Positions 37,101-51,300 of a stretch of 64,000 nucleotides of DNA are shown one piece after another. Below the pieces are notes generated by a model that saw nothing but the letters and a program-made list of their open reading frames with translations, was not told the origin of the DNA and did no database searches. A program made the position numbers and the translations under genes. The DNA is taken from NCBI GenBank assembly GCA_965112155.1, contig OZ218100.1, one strand, 5' to 3'. The stretch comes from Podarcis liolepis. Lineage: Eukaryota. Every line of letters starts with the position of its first letter. The first letter of the stretch is position 1.

Positions 37101-40100
37101 TTGGCTCCACAGTCTCCACATTGCAGAATGCCACTGCATCTGCCATGCCCAGAATCAGAATATGGCAAGACCGGATATCTGCCTGGGGCCTATGGGTAGT
37201 TGAGGAGCTCAACAAGCCCATTTTCACTCAAACAACAATACTGTACATGGAAACAGGAGTTTTAAAACCTCTTCTTTATCCTCCATAGTGCACTTCTCTA
37301 TCTGTTCAACATCCTTCCCCCACCCTCACCCACCCCATGTTTGTGCCAGTGATGAAATCTCTATTCACATCTTAAGTGCTTCCAGTCAGGGGTGGTCACA
37401 GAAATGCCATCATAGCGATTTTTATCTATAAAGGTTGTATGTGGATATAAGCTGTCTGAACAACATGCTTCCTTTATAAACTTAGTGGTGCTCTGCAGAA
37501 CAATCCTACCCCAGTGAACTCTGTTAAGGTGGGTGTGCAGAGGCTTGGTGTACATGGACTGACAGTGTCCACAGTGTTCTGGCTGGGATATGGCCAGTTC
37601 TATGCTGTCCCCTTTGGCCCTTTTCTCTGCCTTTATGAAACCTCTTCAGGTTTCTGGTCCTCGTCTATGTTATGGTCATTATTTGTGTTGATGCTTTTCC
37701 CATACGGCACATCCAACTTTGTGTTTTCTTTCCCTGTGTTCCTCATGAGTCCTAAATACCAGACCTCCAAGTGATCTGGAGTGCAAACTTTCATGCCAGG
37801 TGTGCCCTACAAAGTGTCCTCCCACTGTTATGTGAGTCTGCCATGCCTGAGGGCAAATGAAAAAGCTGATCCTTTGCAGCTTTCTCCTTGAGAACCAAAG
37901 GCACTATTCACAATATACCTGAGGAAAGCTGTACCAAAGACACTGTTTAATCACCACAGTGGGCGTTATGCCAATCCTGATGCTGTGCCAGAGAGCTAAT
38001 TAATCACTTCTACAATGCAATTTCTGGCAGCATGCCTGATAGGAGCTATTGCCAGGGATACTGTCTGGATTTGAATCCATGATCTCATTGGTGAATACAG
38101 TTCCTATGTTAATGGCAGCATGCCTGATAGGAGCTATTGCCAGGGATACTGTCTGGATTTGAATCCATGATCTCATTGGTGAATACAGTTCCTATGTTAA
38201 TGGCAGCATGCTTGTTGCTGCCCAATTTGTGGTTGCTACATATACTGTAGAGGTGGGAGCTGCTGCTTCATCTTTTCATGTTTTCCTTCTGGCACCTCCC
38301 ACCTAGGATGATGTTTAGGAGAACAACCTAAGTCTCCTCCTCTAGAGTCATTCTGGTCTAGGCCATTACTCTTTACAAAACTCAACATTTTAAACCCTAC
38401 ATTTCTTTAAGAAACTGACACAGCTACGGGCAATCTTTTGTACTCCAGATGTTGCCGAACTACTATTCCAATCATCCTTGGCCATGCTTGCTGGGGCTGG
38501 TGGGAGTTCTAGTTCAGTGACATTTGGTGGGCCAAAGGTTCTCCACATCTGATCTAAGAAAACCTATTAAGCAATAGAGTTGACTTACAAGTGGTGCCTT
38601 CTGCAGCTACTGGCATAGACGGTCCTTCGTCATATACTGCAACAAGCTCAACGTTATAGAGTGTTTTTGAAAAAAGATCAGGGAGAACTGTGCTGGTCTG
38701 AGAGGAATCCAATTCCAACTAGACATAAACAAAAGAGATTTATTAAATGCTGCTTTCCTCCTTACAACATCACTTTCATACTTTTGTTTTCCATGTTGTA
38801 GACAGTTTAGGACTATCTTCACAAAGCTATTCCTGGTGGATAGATATCACTGAAGACTTGTGGTGAACTTTGTACTAATCTGTTTATTTACAAATGAACG
38901 GCATCAAAGTGTGTTAACCTGAATATATTTTCTTTGATCCTTCTCCGTGTTCTAGGGCCATCGTTCCCAATGGCTGAAGCTAACAGGAGTTATGGTCCAA
39001 AAACATATGGAGGGACCAAGCTGGGGAAGGCTGCTATAAGGGAAAAGCCCTGAACTAGCCTTCAATTTAATGAGTGCTCGTGATGGTGCTTTTTGCCAAG
39101 CTGCTTCACCAGTCCTGCTGTGGTACAACATTCACAGCCGTTCAGCCCTGTACAGTGGTATCTCAGGTTACATACTTAATTTGTCCAGAGGTCTGTTCTT
39201 AACCTGAAACTGTTCTTAACCTGAAGCAACACTTTAGGTAATGGGGCCTCCCACTGCTGCTGAACTGCCGTTGCATGATTTCTGTTCTCATCCTGAAGCA
39301 AAGTTCTTAACCCGAGGTACTATTTCTGGGTTAGCGGAGTCTGTAACCTGAAGCGTATGTAACCCAAGGTACCACTGTATCCTCATACTGGCTTGCTTCA
39401 CATAGCTTTTTTCTATATTCCTTGGCTACTTTTTATTTTTTAAAAAATTATTCCTTTTTGCAAGCAAAGTACACATGCTAGCCATTGTCACTCTTCTACC
39501 ACTTGTATTTATAACATAAGAATCCTGTGGCTTAGCAATGCTAACTTCTAAGAGAAGAACAATCCATATATGTTGGTTCAGTACCACTGAAACCAAAGAA
39601 TCTAAATTTGTTTAAGAGGAGAAATAATTTTACATATCAGGAACTCAGGCATCTGATTGCTCCTTAATAACACTGCTGCAGGTAGTCATGCTGTAATACT
39701 CCACTTAAGCTATCTTCACATATTAGCTAAAATTCACCTACCTCTTTCACGTCATCTTCCCCAGCTGCTTTGTATCTCAATATGTATTTCCGAACTTTCC
39801 CTGGAGCACGTTCCCAAATGACTCTCATGCTGCTGTGAGTAATATCTCTTATCATTAGGCTTTTTGCTCCACTTAAAGGTACTGTGGAATAATCAGACAT
39901 ATTGGCAAGAATATTAAATGCCATCCCCTAAACAGGTTTATATTTTGGCAAATATTTATCTTTAAATCTCCTAGTCCATGTAACTTTTACATTCATATTA
40001 AAAAATTAATTGAAGTGAGAATGCCACCTTTCAAACAGATTTTACAAGGTACTGAAATAATATGTAAACCAGAAAAACATGCTTATGGGAGGTACTGTAT

Positions 40101-43100
40101 TTTTCGCTCTATAAGACGTACCAGACCATAAGACGCACCTAGTTTTTGGAGGAGGAAAACAAGAAAAAAATATTCTGAATCTCAGAAGCCAGAACAACAA
40201 GAGGGATCGCTGCACAGCGAAAGCAGCAATCCCTCTTGCTGTTCTGGCTTCTGGGATAGCTGCGTAGCCTGCATTCACTCCATAAGACGCACACACATTT
40301 CCCCTTACTTTTTAGGTGGGAAAAAGTGAGCCTTATAGAGCAAAAAATACGGTAAATAGCTGCAAGTATATATACAATAAGAAATGGTTATTCTAATAAA
40401 AACCTTCAATTATCCACATGGGGGAAAAACTATCATCTATTCCTAATACGCCTTGTGCCTGTGCTATATGAACAGCCATATCTAAAGGCTTCCCATTGAG
40501 AATAACATGGGAACATCTTTCAGAACATCTTTGGAGAGTGATTGTCTTTTAGCAGCCAAGTTTCAAGCACTGTATGGGTACAGTAGCACTATCACATTTT
40601 AAGTATTAGTGGATGGGTTTAGTGACAATAATCCAAGCCCCTAGAATGTGTCTAAGTAACTGAGTAATGGTATAACTATGCAGTGGTGGAGCTTCATGCT
40701 CCGGCACCGGGGGGCGGAGAGCAGGAGGGGTGGGGCTGGAATGCATCCTGGGGGCGTGACAAGCATCCTGGGGGCATGGCATGTCGCCTGTGGGGGCGTG
40801 GCGCCCAGTGCAGGCGGCGGAGCAGCAGCAATGGCACCCCAATGGGATCGCACTGTCGGGGCAATGCGCTCCCCCCGCACTCCTGTTCCTTCGCCAGTGT
40901 GACTATGTACAGGCAACACCTCACTTACCCAGGGGTAATGTTCTGGCCCTCCACATCCATAAGTGAAATGTGCATAAGTGGGGAGAACCCTGTAGAGTCC
41001 TCATGGCTCATGAGGAGACCCTTCCCAGAGCCCAACAATGACATCCTCTTTGGTCTCTGTTGGGAGTCTCCTCATGAGTCAGAGGAACAGCAGCTATTAG
41101 GCAGGGACACTCAGCAGCCTCAACAAAGTCACACAGCACATCCAGTTCATGAGAGCTGTGCATGTGCACAGTTGTGCGCAAGTGGCAAGTGAAACGTTGC
41201 CTGTACACAAATCACAGTATACCTTTAATATACTGAGGCATGGCATTACCAAACCAAGAGGGGGTAAATATAAGACAAGCAAGATATTATTCCTACAGGT
41301 GACTTCCTGCATGGTGAGTGGATCACTGATGAGGTCACCAAAAGCTGAATGAATTGTTAAAGTGTATTCAGTGTTAGGAATCAGGTCAAGCAGCTGTACA
41401 TCATTCACTGATGCTCCAACACGCATCTGGAAAAAGAGAAAAAGAAACAAGGAAGTTTAGAAGAAGCCACTAGAAAGAAAAACAAAATGCTTGGGCCTTT
41501 ACATTGTTTTTTTAAAAAATTCAGTTTCCATGTTCAATAATGTATTTACAACTTCCTGATTCATACATCATTGTGTATATAACTTTCCAATCAAGCTGTT
41601 TTATTTTATAATCTATACACTCACAAAATAAATGTCTTACTGCTTTGGCATATGGAAGCAAATTCAGGTTGTCACTGTCTGTCTGCCTCTCTTTCTTAAA
41701 TCTGTTGTTACCTGTTTCTCTGTTGCTGGTATTGTGGCATTGACAGGTTCATACAGCAGCACATAGCCAGTAGCTCCACTGACAGGTTCCCATCGCACGC
41801 GCATTGTTGTTGAGGTGATGTCATACGTATTCAAGTTTCTGACTGAAGGGATTGGCACTGCAGAACCATAAATGTAATTCCGTTATTTGTGTCCCTAAAC
41901 ATATTTTACATCTTCATTTTTGAAAACATGTTTGAACTTTCAGCTTTCAGATGGGGAGTAGCTTTTAGTTATTGTGTTTTTTTTTTTGCAGTAAACCAGG
42001 CCCGCACAACTTATAACCAACTAGTTTGAACACAGTCCACCAGCTGTACATACTGACCCAACAGGGCTTACGAAACCTCCTGTTTTTACAGTCTCCCAGG
42101 GTTTGTAAGAACAGGGGAGATGTTAGGTACTTGGCAGGTTCTGATGCATAGCTAATAGTCTGAACTTAGTTTAGTGGGTCACAAACTGTACATGACTTTC
42201 GGTGAACAGTCTTTTAATCCTATGAAAGCATAATACACATAACTGTCTGGGATAGTTTCTCTCATCTGTTCTGGACTTAATCTACACAGCCACAATCCCA
42301 AATTGGTAAATCTGAAATGTATACTGACAAAGCTGAATCACACTCTCAGGGTCACCCAGCTTGATTGGCACTCATCCTTTTCATAACTCTACCCTCTGGA
42401 CTGAAGAACCAAAACTCTCCTGTCATATTGCTTATAATATCATAGAATATTAAATACCCAATGTTCTCTTTCTCATCGTAGGCTCCTTCTTCAATATACG
42501 TTTAAAGTAGTGTCATACCACTTTAATCAGTCATGGCTTCCTCCCCCCAAAGAATCTTGGGGAAAGTAGTTTGTTAAGGGTGCTGAGACTTGTTAGGAGA
42601 CCCCCTATTCCCCTCACAGAGCTACAGTTCCCAGAGTGAATCATTTTGTTGTTCAGTAAGGTAATGTCTATCTACAAGGAGGTTGCAATTTTTAAAAATA
42701 TCCATAGAGGTTTTTTATATGCTTGGAGTTCTCATCTCCATTCCATATTCCCACAAACATTCTATGCAGAGCTTTGTTTTAAAAACAGTTTGGAAGTTTT
42801 ATGAATTATCACATATCTTAATTGAATTTGAATTGACACTTACAAGTCGTATCAACGCCCTCTAGAGGTACGCTACTGGTACCTTCTACCACAGAATATA
42901 CATTCACAACATACTTTGTTTCGGGCTTGAGGCCAGTCAGAACTGTAGTCGTCTCTGAACGACTTACAAAGACCTGCATGAAAACAAGAAACGGGAGACA
43001 TAATTGTGCATAAATCTATCTACTGCTATTTTTATCTCTGCTCTTGGCCCTGATAGAACAAAAGCAACTTCTAGTAAAGACACTCACACAGGACATTCAC

Positions 43101-45339
43101 TGCCTTCACTAGTTCCAATTTAAAAGAGGTAGAGCTGGGTATCATTCGCATACTGGTGAACACCCAGTCCAAACGCCCCCCCCCCCCCCCCGATGATCTC
43201 TCCCAGTGGCTTCATATAGATATTGAAAAGCATGGGGGAGAAGACAGAGCCCTGAGGCACCCCACAAGTGAGAGCCCAGGGATCTGAACATTCATCTCCC
43301 AGCACTACTTTCTGGACATGGTCCAGGAGGAAGGAGCGGAGCCACTGCAAAATCAGTGGTATACACAAACATAAATAAAAATAATAAAATTGGATGTCCA
43401 GTGCTGACCTCCTTTCGTGGGCCTCCATCTGCAGGATAATATTCAACCCTGTATCTATCAACGCTCTCAGCAGGTGGCGTCCATGATACTCTGAAGGAAT
43501 AAGGTGTCTCCTCGGAGGTTCTTAGATTGGTTGGTGGTAGTGCCAAATCAGCTGTGATGCAAAAAAAAGGAACAATACTATAAAATCTTCATTAGGAGGG
43601 TTACCAAAGAAGGAAATGCAAAACAATAATATACGTCAACTCGACTTGTTTTTACTTAAGTATTGGATCTATTTACTTACTGAACTGAAATGTATATGAT
43701 TCATATGCATAAAATAATTTATAGTAAAATATGATGCATTCTTTAATCTGTGATAATCACACTTGAGATGTTATGGCAAACCTAAGTCCATGCACTGAGA
43801 AGCTGCAGCCAGTAAAAACTTCAGAGCAAAAAAACCAATTAATATGCAAAAATCACAAATGACATGCTGAGGGCATGTTATTTCATATATTTTCTTCTGT
43901 GCAGGACTCATCATAACATTTGAATTTGCCCTTTTATCTTGTTAAATAATATGCCAACAGTTGCTCATGAGTATCTCTGTCTTAAAACGGCTATAGAATA
44001 TATTTTCCTCCCAAGGAACTTTTCTCTTATTACTCTGTGATGGAGTCACCAGTGTAGTACAACTCCTTCCTGGACTGTGAAACTAAACATTGGCGACTTG
44101 GGTCATGTGGGAGAAGTCCATCCTATGACTTGTTCTCACTCAGCATTTCCCCATTCACAGAAAATGTGGTAATGCTGGCATGTGTGAAGGGCTGCCACCC
44201 TGCTACTTCTCACATGATCCAGAGCTTCAGATGCTACCTGAGAGCTCAGAAAGCAGATGGGCTTTAACAGCTAGCACACCATGGGGGTAATGCAAAAACA
44301 AAGTTCCAAGTAAGTAATTTAGGAAAAATTCAGCAGGCATCATATAAAAGGTAAAAAGAAGTTGAAAACGAAACTAGAAAGAGAAACATACCTGGACCTC
44401 TGACACTATTGCACAAATTATTAGTAAGGTCATCAATAATTGTAACAAGGAGGCCAAAATCGCCAACATTGTAAACATGAATGTTATCGGGGTCTGTTGC
44501 GATCTGCTTCAGTTCATTTTCATCAGCATTTTTGATACCTTAAAAAGGTCACAAAAATAAAACATTTTAAAATAACCTAGGCATGTTCATTAGACTGTTT
44601 CCCAATTCATATAAAGGAGAATGAGTGATTTAGTTTTCCAACCAACTTCTATATTTCCCACCTCTCCACGTAATACTCACCAACAGCATACAGCTCCACT
44701 CCCAAATCTCTCAGTGACTGAGATGGCACAACTATATCATCTTGTGATTTGCCATCTGTGATGAGGACACCAATTTTGCGAGCCCCAGGCCTCATGCCAG
44801 CTTCTATCTTAAAGTTGTTGTTTAAGATGAACTTCAGAGCATCTCCTGAAATCACAGCGCACACAGGTACCCATTATTCATTAGCCATAGATTCCAGCAT
44901 AGAGAGTAGACGTCCCAAAAGTAGGATAGGTACCTTCATTAAGAGACACATAAGCTTTGCCCTAAGTACTTACTTCATTCCAGCTGTTACGGTTACCACT
45001 CATAGGTAAAGGACCCCTGGATGGTTAAGTCCAGTTAAACTTGGCTATAGGGTGTGGTGCTCATCTCGCTTCAGGCTGAGGGAGCCAGCATTTGTCCACA
45101 GCTTTCCAAGTCATGTGGCCAGCATGACATTGAGCTTCTGGCACAATGGGACACTATGATGAGTGTCGGAGCACACAGAAACGTTTATTTTCCTGCAGCA
45201 GTGGTACCTATTTATCTACTTGCACTGGCAAGACAACTTTCTGCCTGGTAACCATAGACTACCCTCCTAGTTTGGAGATCACTTATACAGAGTAAGATTG
45301 TGAAGTGATGCTCCCTGTGAGATATCTGTAGCACAGACT

Positions 45340-45380
<41 letters not shown>

Positions 45381-47995
45381 CCTTAAGGGCTACTATAAGG
45401 GACTGAAGGTCTTGGCTGAGGAAATTGGGGAAGCATTCTGAAGAGATTCTGTGGAGTGTTGTTTGAAGAGACTGAGTGGCAGCAGATAAACAGAGGAGAT
45501 TAAAGAACCACTTCTTTGTCCACTCTATAAAGTCAGTATAATATATTCAAAACAAAAAATCTTTTCAGACCATATAACATTGTATTAATTTCCCCAGTGT
45601 ACCTTATGATGAATTCAGCAGCAGAATGTTACCTGTGAGGGTGTTCCCTCCTTTATAAGGCAAGTTGGTAACAGCATCCATCAAACTCTGCTTGGTTTTG
45701 TGTGCATTGAGGTTCCATTCTGTTCTAGGAGATCCACTATACTGTGCAAGAGCTGGGAGAGAAATATAACTTAGTTGCAAAAGGTCCCAAAACAACAACA
45801 CCCCCAAATTATTTCAGGACATTCAAGGCTTACCAATCTGCACTTTGTCGGGACCAATGTCAAATACTTCAACAATGCGACCAATGAAGCTTCTGATTGT
45901 TTTAAAATTTTGCCGACCAATGCTCCATGAGCCATCCACCAGCAACACAATATCTGCTTCTACTTTGGTTTTGCATTCCAGGCCTGTCACAGCAATCAAA
46001 ATACAAGTGTGTTAGTTGCAGCAAATGAACAGCTGTTTTCTATCCTATCCTCTTTTACATTGTCCAGCATGCATGGCTTAAGTAACTGACTAGTGTTCTT
46101 CTATATAAATTGGAACTTAAAGTCGTTAGGAGCATTCCATAGTGCTACCAATAACACTTCTGAGATTATGTATTATTAATATTTGCTTTAAAAGGTGTGC
46201 TGTGAAGCATATTCTGGTGAGCACTGCCCGTAACACTGACATGATCTATTAGACTATTACTTAGCCAGGGCCCAAGTGCAGTGAGAATCAACACAGCTAA
46301 ATTATTGAACAACTAAATAAACTTAAGTTAGGTAGCCAATGACAACGACTACTTCAAAATTGCGCATCTTCTCCAGTTAAATATGTGTGAGAATTGATAA
46401 AATCTGAGGAGTGTTAAACAAGAATCTTTAGAAATTAGTCCATATGCTTAATATGTGGAGATAAATGATAAAATTACTTTTATACTGTTTTGTGGTCTGT
46501 TAATGAAGATGGTGCAGACTTTTACACATTTAACACAACAAGAGAAAGAATACAACACATATAAGATACAGAAACACACATAAACACAAAAGAATCAGAA
46601 GTGACAAAAACAAACATTTATACAAAGTTTTAAATGCTTCAGAGAGAAAGTAAATAAAATATTGGGGACCGTCCATTTGTAGGCTAAAAATAAGAACTGC
46701 TTTCTACATGCTGAAATTCACAGTGTGTTTATACAAAGCAGAAAGACACAAGGCTTTAAAATATGATCCTTTCATTAGCCATTTGAATGGGTGTATGTGT
46801 GCTCTTCCTCCTTTTTTCCTCTGGAGATCATGTTACCAGCAGCAAAACCTTCTGGCTTCATGCCATCATAGCTTCTGGTCTTTACATGGAAGAAATCCCA
46901 TTGAGTAAAATCAGGCACACTCATCAGAGTGATTTCATCTATGTTCCACATAATTGATCCAAAACTGTAGATTCATGAATAGAACTATTCCAGGTACCTG
47001 GGGATTTAAAAGCATGATCCTCTTCTGCATAGAAAATACAACACTAGTCTTTAATCAACACAATCATAAATCATGAAATAGGGTATATATTAAAGTTCAT
47101 GCACTTGCTAACATTGTTCAGGATTCAAAGAGCCTTGTGTTAGAGGAGGGGACCAGAAAAGCCCTGATAATTGTGAATGCAAAGCAACACACACGAGTGT
47201 CTGGAGTCTGGCCTTAATTTTAAACATTGGAAATATCAATGCCATCAAATCTTTTGTAAATTTAGTCTCCAACCAGAAAGCCATGGCAGAAAGTCTATAT
47301 GTTTTAATGCAGCATATGGATTTTTATGAGCACAATTTTCCATATAGGCTGCCACTTCACCTCATTTATTTAAAAAAGAAAGAAAGAAAAGCATCTTAGG
47401 TTGTAAGGAATAACTGCAGGAATAAAGGGCAATTGCAATGATATAAACGGGGTATTATCCTGCCAACATTAGGAACTTTTTAAGGTGCACTTATTTCAAT
47501 GGGAGAGAGTTAAGTATGGGTAGTGCTCAACTACATTTTACTCAAAGCAAACCCACTGAGATTGACGTAAGTCATGTTCATTCATTCCAATTAGCCTACT
47601 CTAAGTAAAACTTAGTCAAATAGCAGCCCATGTGCTTAACTGTCCCCTAAAAATAAATAAGACCGAAAAATACCTAATTTTAGCCAGACTGTACCTACTG
47701 AGTTGGATCCAAGGGTTCCCTCCTGTGAAGGATGGACTTTTCCATCCTCAAAAGTATTCTTTCCTCCATAAGAATGGAACACAGTATAACTCAGTATAAG
47801 TGATTTTGGTGGAATTATTTTATAGTGCTGTACTGAACCCTGCATTTCCTTCACTCCTTTCAAAGGAGGAATTCATTTTTCTGCCTCTTTTGCAGGGAGC
47901 AAGAGAACTTTGCAAAAAAATAAAATAAATCATAGGATGGAGGTGAGGACTGCATTTAGCTTATCATGTCAGTCAAGTGGCCAATGGGTGTTATC

Positions 47996-48044
<49 letters not shown>

Positions 48045-48337
48045 GCCCTTGCTGCTTTGCATTGAAACGCTTTAAGAAAGTCCTACACTCACTTGTAGTG
48101 GTATTGCAGTGGGCTTTAACAAACTGCCTTCCAGCCTATAATGTAACCATNNNNNNNNNNNNNNNNNNNNNNNNNNNNNNNNNNNNNNNNNNNNNNNNNN
48201 NNNNNNNNNNNNNNNNNNNNNNNNNNNNNNNNNNNNNNNNNNNNNNNNNNNNNNNNNNNNNNNNNNNNNNNNNNNNNNNNNTTAATGCCAGAATGGGCTT
48301 CTAAGATGTTTACAAAGTACTCTCTCTCTCTCTCTCT

Positions 48338-48371
<34 letters not shown>

Positions 48372-51300
48372 AAAGCTGCTGGGCTGAAAGACTGCTTGCA
48401 AAAAGCCCTGCAAGTGAGCGGGGGCGGGGGCCTTTCCTAACACTGCTAGATGCAATCCCCGCTGCCACACACACATACAGTGGTACCTCGGGTTACCTGA
48501 AGCGTATTTAACCTGAAGCTTATGTAACCCGAGGTACCACTGTACATGCCTGTCCTGTGAATTTTGTTCAAGTTTCACTTTTTGAAAATACGTTCATGCC
48601 CACCTACACCCTCTTGAGGGGAGGCACTGTGAAGTTTCAGAACACTGCTCATTTTCTATATGGAGGAGTTAACTACTACAGTATTTCCCATTTCACTTGC
48701 AACATTATATACCTCCTGACAGTGTTTCAGTTTAGGCCAGTGAACTATTGCACAGTGAATTATATGCACGCTTACTCAGAAGCTGCACTGTGTGCACTGG
48801 GGCTTACTCCCTAGTAAATGTATTTAAGATTGCACTATCAAGCAGAAACAGTGCAGAAACAGTCCTGGATCCAAAGAACTGAAGAAAGTAATTCCAGGTG
48901 TCCATGTTTGCTTGGAGTTTTTCAAACACTTGCCATAGAGTAAACCTCTTGAAAATTTGGGGAATGTTCAAACATGGTATGTTATTCACCACAGGGTTCA
49001 AAGAAAAATGTTTTTAAAAATTCAGTGGGTGAAGTCATTGGACACATATAAAATAGCTGTTTGGATCCTGGCCAAATTTTATTCACCCTAAATCAGGCAT
49101 AGGCAAACTTGGCCCTCCAGATGTTTTGGGACTACAACTCCCATCATCCCCGACCACTGGCCCTGTTAGCTAGGGATGATGGGAGTTGTAGTCCCAAAAC
49201 ATCTGGAGGGCCAAGTTTGCCTATGCCTGCCCTAAATTCTCTGAAAGGTTTCAAAATCCTTCCTACAGCATTTTCAAATTTCCAGAGAAAAGGACAGTGG
49301 TGGCACCATATGGGCTGTTTATTGACTCCATATAGTGCCGTATGGTGTGTGTGTGTGTGTGTGTGTGTAAATCATGTATTTGACAATGCATGAGTAACTG
49401 TATAAGTCTGCATAGCTATAATGTGAAATGGGGCAATAATCATTAAAGTCTTCACAAACAAGAAAGAGCCTTTTTATAAAGATGGAAACTAACGGAGAGG
49501 GAAGTTATCTTTAAAAATGGTCACTAAAGACCAAGGAGTGGTCTTCATGAAAAGTAGCCTTTTCTTTTTGCAATTACTCCTGCAAGTAAATAACTGTATC
49601 AGTTAATTATGTTGAAAACAGTTCACTTTACCAGTTTTCTAAAAGTAAAGATCTACAGCTAGAATATCCAAATAAGAAATGGGCTTCTCATTAAAATCAT
49701 ATTTACCTTCAGGTAAAAAGGGCACCTCAGCAGTATCTGAAAGGGTAGTCATTTCTTCTCCAATCAGTGGTGCACTTTCACCTCCTTCAAACATTCCAAA
49801 AACATTGACTTTGTAGGAAGTGCCTGCCCTGCGTGATTTAAATGCATATATGAAGCAAATTAGACTGGGAATGGATGGATCACTTTGACACCTTTAGAGA
49901 TTTATTCACTCTGTTTTTAATCCTACCATTTCTCAAAGGAGCTCAGGACAGAATACATGGCTCTCTCCCCACTGATTTTATCCTAAGAAGGATATGAGGT
50001 GGGTTAGGCTGGCCCAACAAGATCTTCAAAAAAGCTTTGTGGCCAAGTGTGGATTGGAACCTGGGTCTTCTTGATCAGGGTTCATAAACACTAACCACTA
50101 AACTACAATGATTCTCCCTGTCATGGATTTTTACGGCAGGGTAAGTCTTTAGGAGCTGAAATCTAAAGCTTTCTTTTTCACAGGGAACTCGCAGGAACTC
50201 TTTTCCGGCACCTCTCAGGTGAGCGCCATTGCCATTCTAAGAGAACAAGGGAGGTGTTCATTGTGAGTTCCGGCACCTCTTTTTCTAGAAAAATGGCACT
50301 GAGCAAGAAACTATTACTGAAGCAAGAGATTGGTCCTTACAACTGAACATCTATAGCTGTATTGTCTGTATCTCCTAGCTTTGAGCCAAGCTTGACCATC
50401 AAGACAGCTAACAACTACTACAGACCCAGCAGAAGGGTTTTACAAGCTTTCTTGAGGGTCATATTTTAATTCATTTATTTGAATAGTATATTTACCATGC
50501 CTTTCTGCATTTGGCATCTAATGAAATAGACTTTAAAAAATAAACATAGGATGATAGAATTGGTATTATATGCTGAAAGAGATGCAGTTGACTGAAAAAT
50601 ACCTATGGGGAGAAAAATACTGATAAGGAAGGAAATTATGAGTGGCAATACCTGAGCTCCTCCAATACAACAGTGTTGTCATATGGGCCAACTATTAATT
50701 CTCCAAGGCGCCTGCTTTCTCCAGTTGGATGGAAAGTTACTTTATAACCCGTCACTTCACCGGGGGCTGGCTCCCAGGTTACACGGAAACTTGACATCGT
50801 AGAATCAGAAGTGTGCAGATTTCTGGGAGGTTTAAATGGGGAAGCTGCAACAATCAAACAACACCCAAGAAATTAAGTGTTTGCTATATTCAACCATAAA
50901 ACCCTAATTTCAGTTTTTAAAAAGTGAATGCACTATAGCACCTGTATGCTTTGCCCTAGCAGCCCAAGAAAATTGGTTCAAAGGAGTTGAGGGATCCTCC
51001 AGAACAGGGTAGAATGTGGCATAGGAGGAAGGAGATATGGTAAAAACAACAACCCTCCCTTCCTCTTCTATTACCAGATCCCTCTACTGGATCAAAAGCC
51101 CTTGCATATGCACAATATTACCAAATCCACCATAGGTTCCACCCCGTGCGCCCCCCCCATTATGATTGTTAAATGAGCAAATCTATGAAGGTGGCGCTAT
51201 CACTCATTATAGCTGCCATAAGTGATTTCTTTAAAAGTTGTATACCTTTTAGGTTTTCATTGAAATGTCACAGACTGTAAGTCTTACATTCTATGCTTCA

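Noticed and set aside
38025-38211. CRISPR-like repeat arrays (also 54447-54702)
   Set aside because: These are simple two-unit tandem duplications in eukaryotic introns with no spacers.
48151-48281. Missing exon in the N gap
   Set aside because: The flanking exons (...PFLPE|GLECK...) join in phase with no missing COL12A1 sequence.
47966-48304. Poly-Cys ORFs (also 28157-28441)
   Set aside because: They are translations of (TGT/TGC)n microsatellites, and one spans the N gap.
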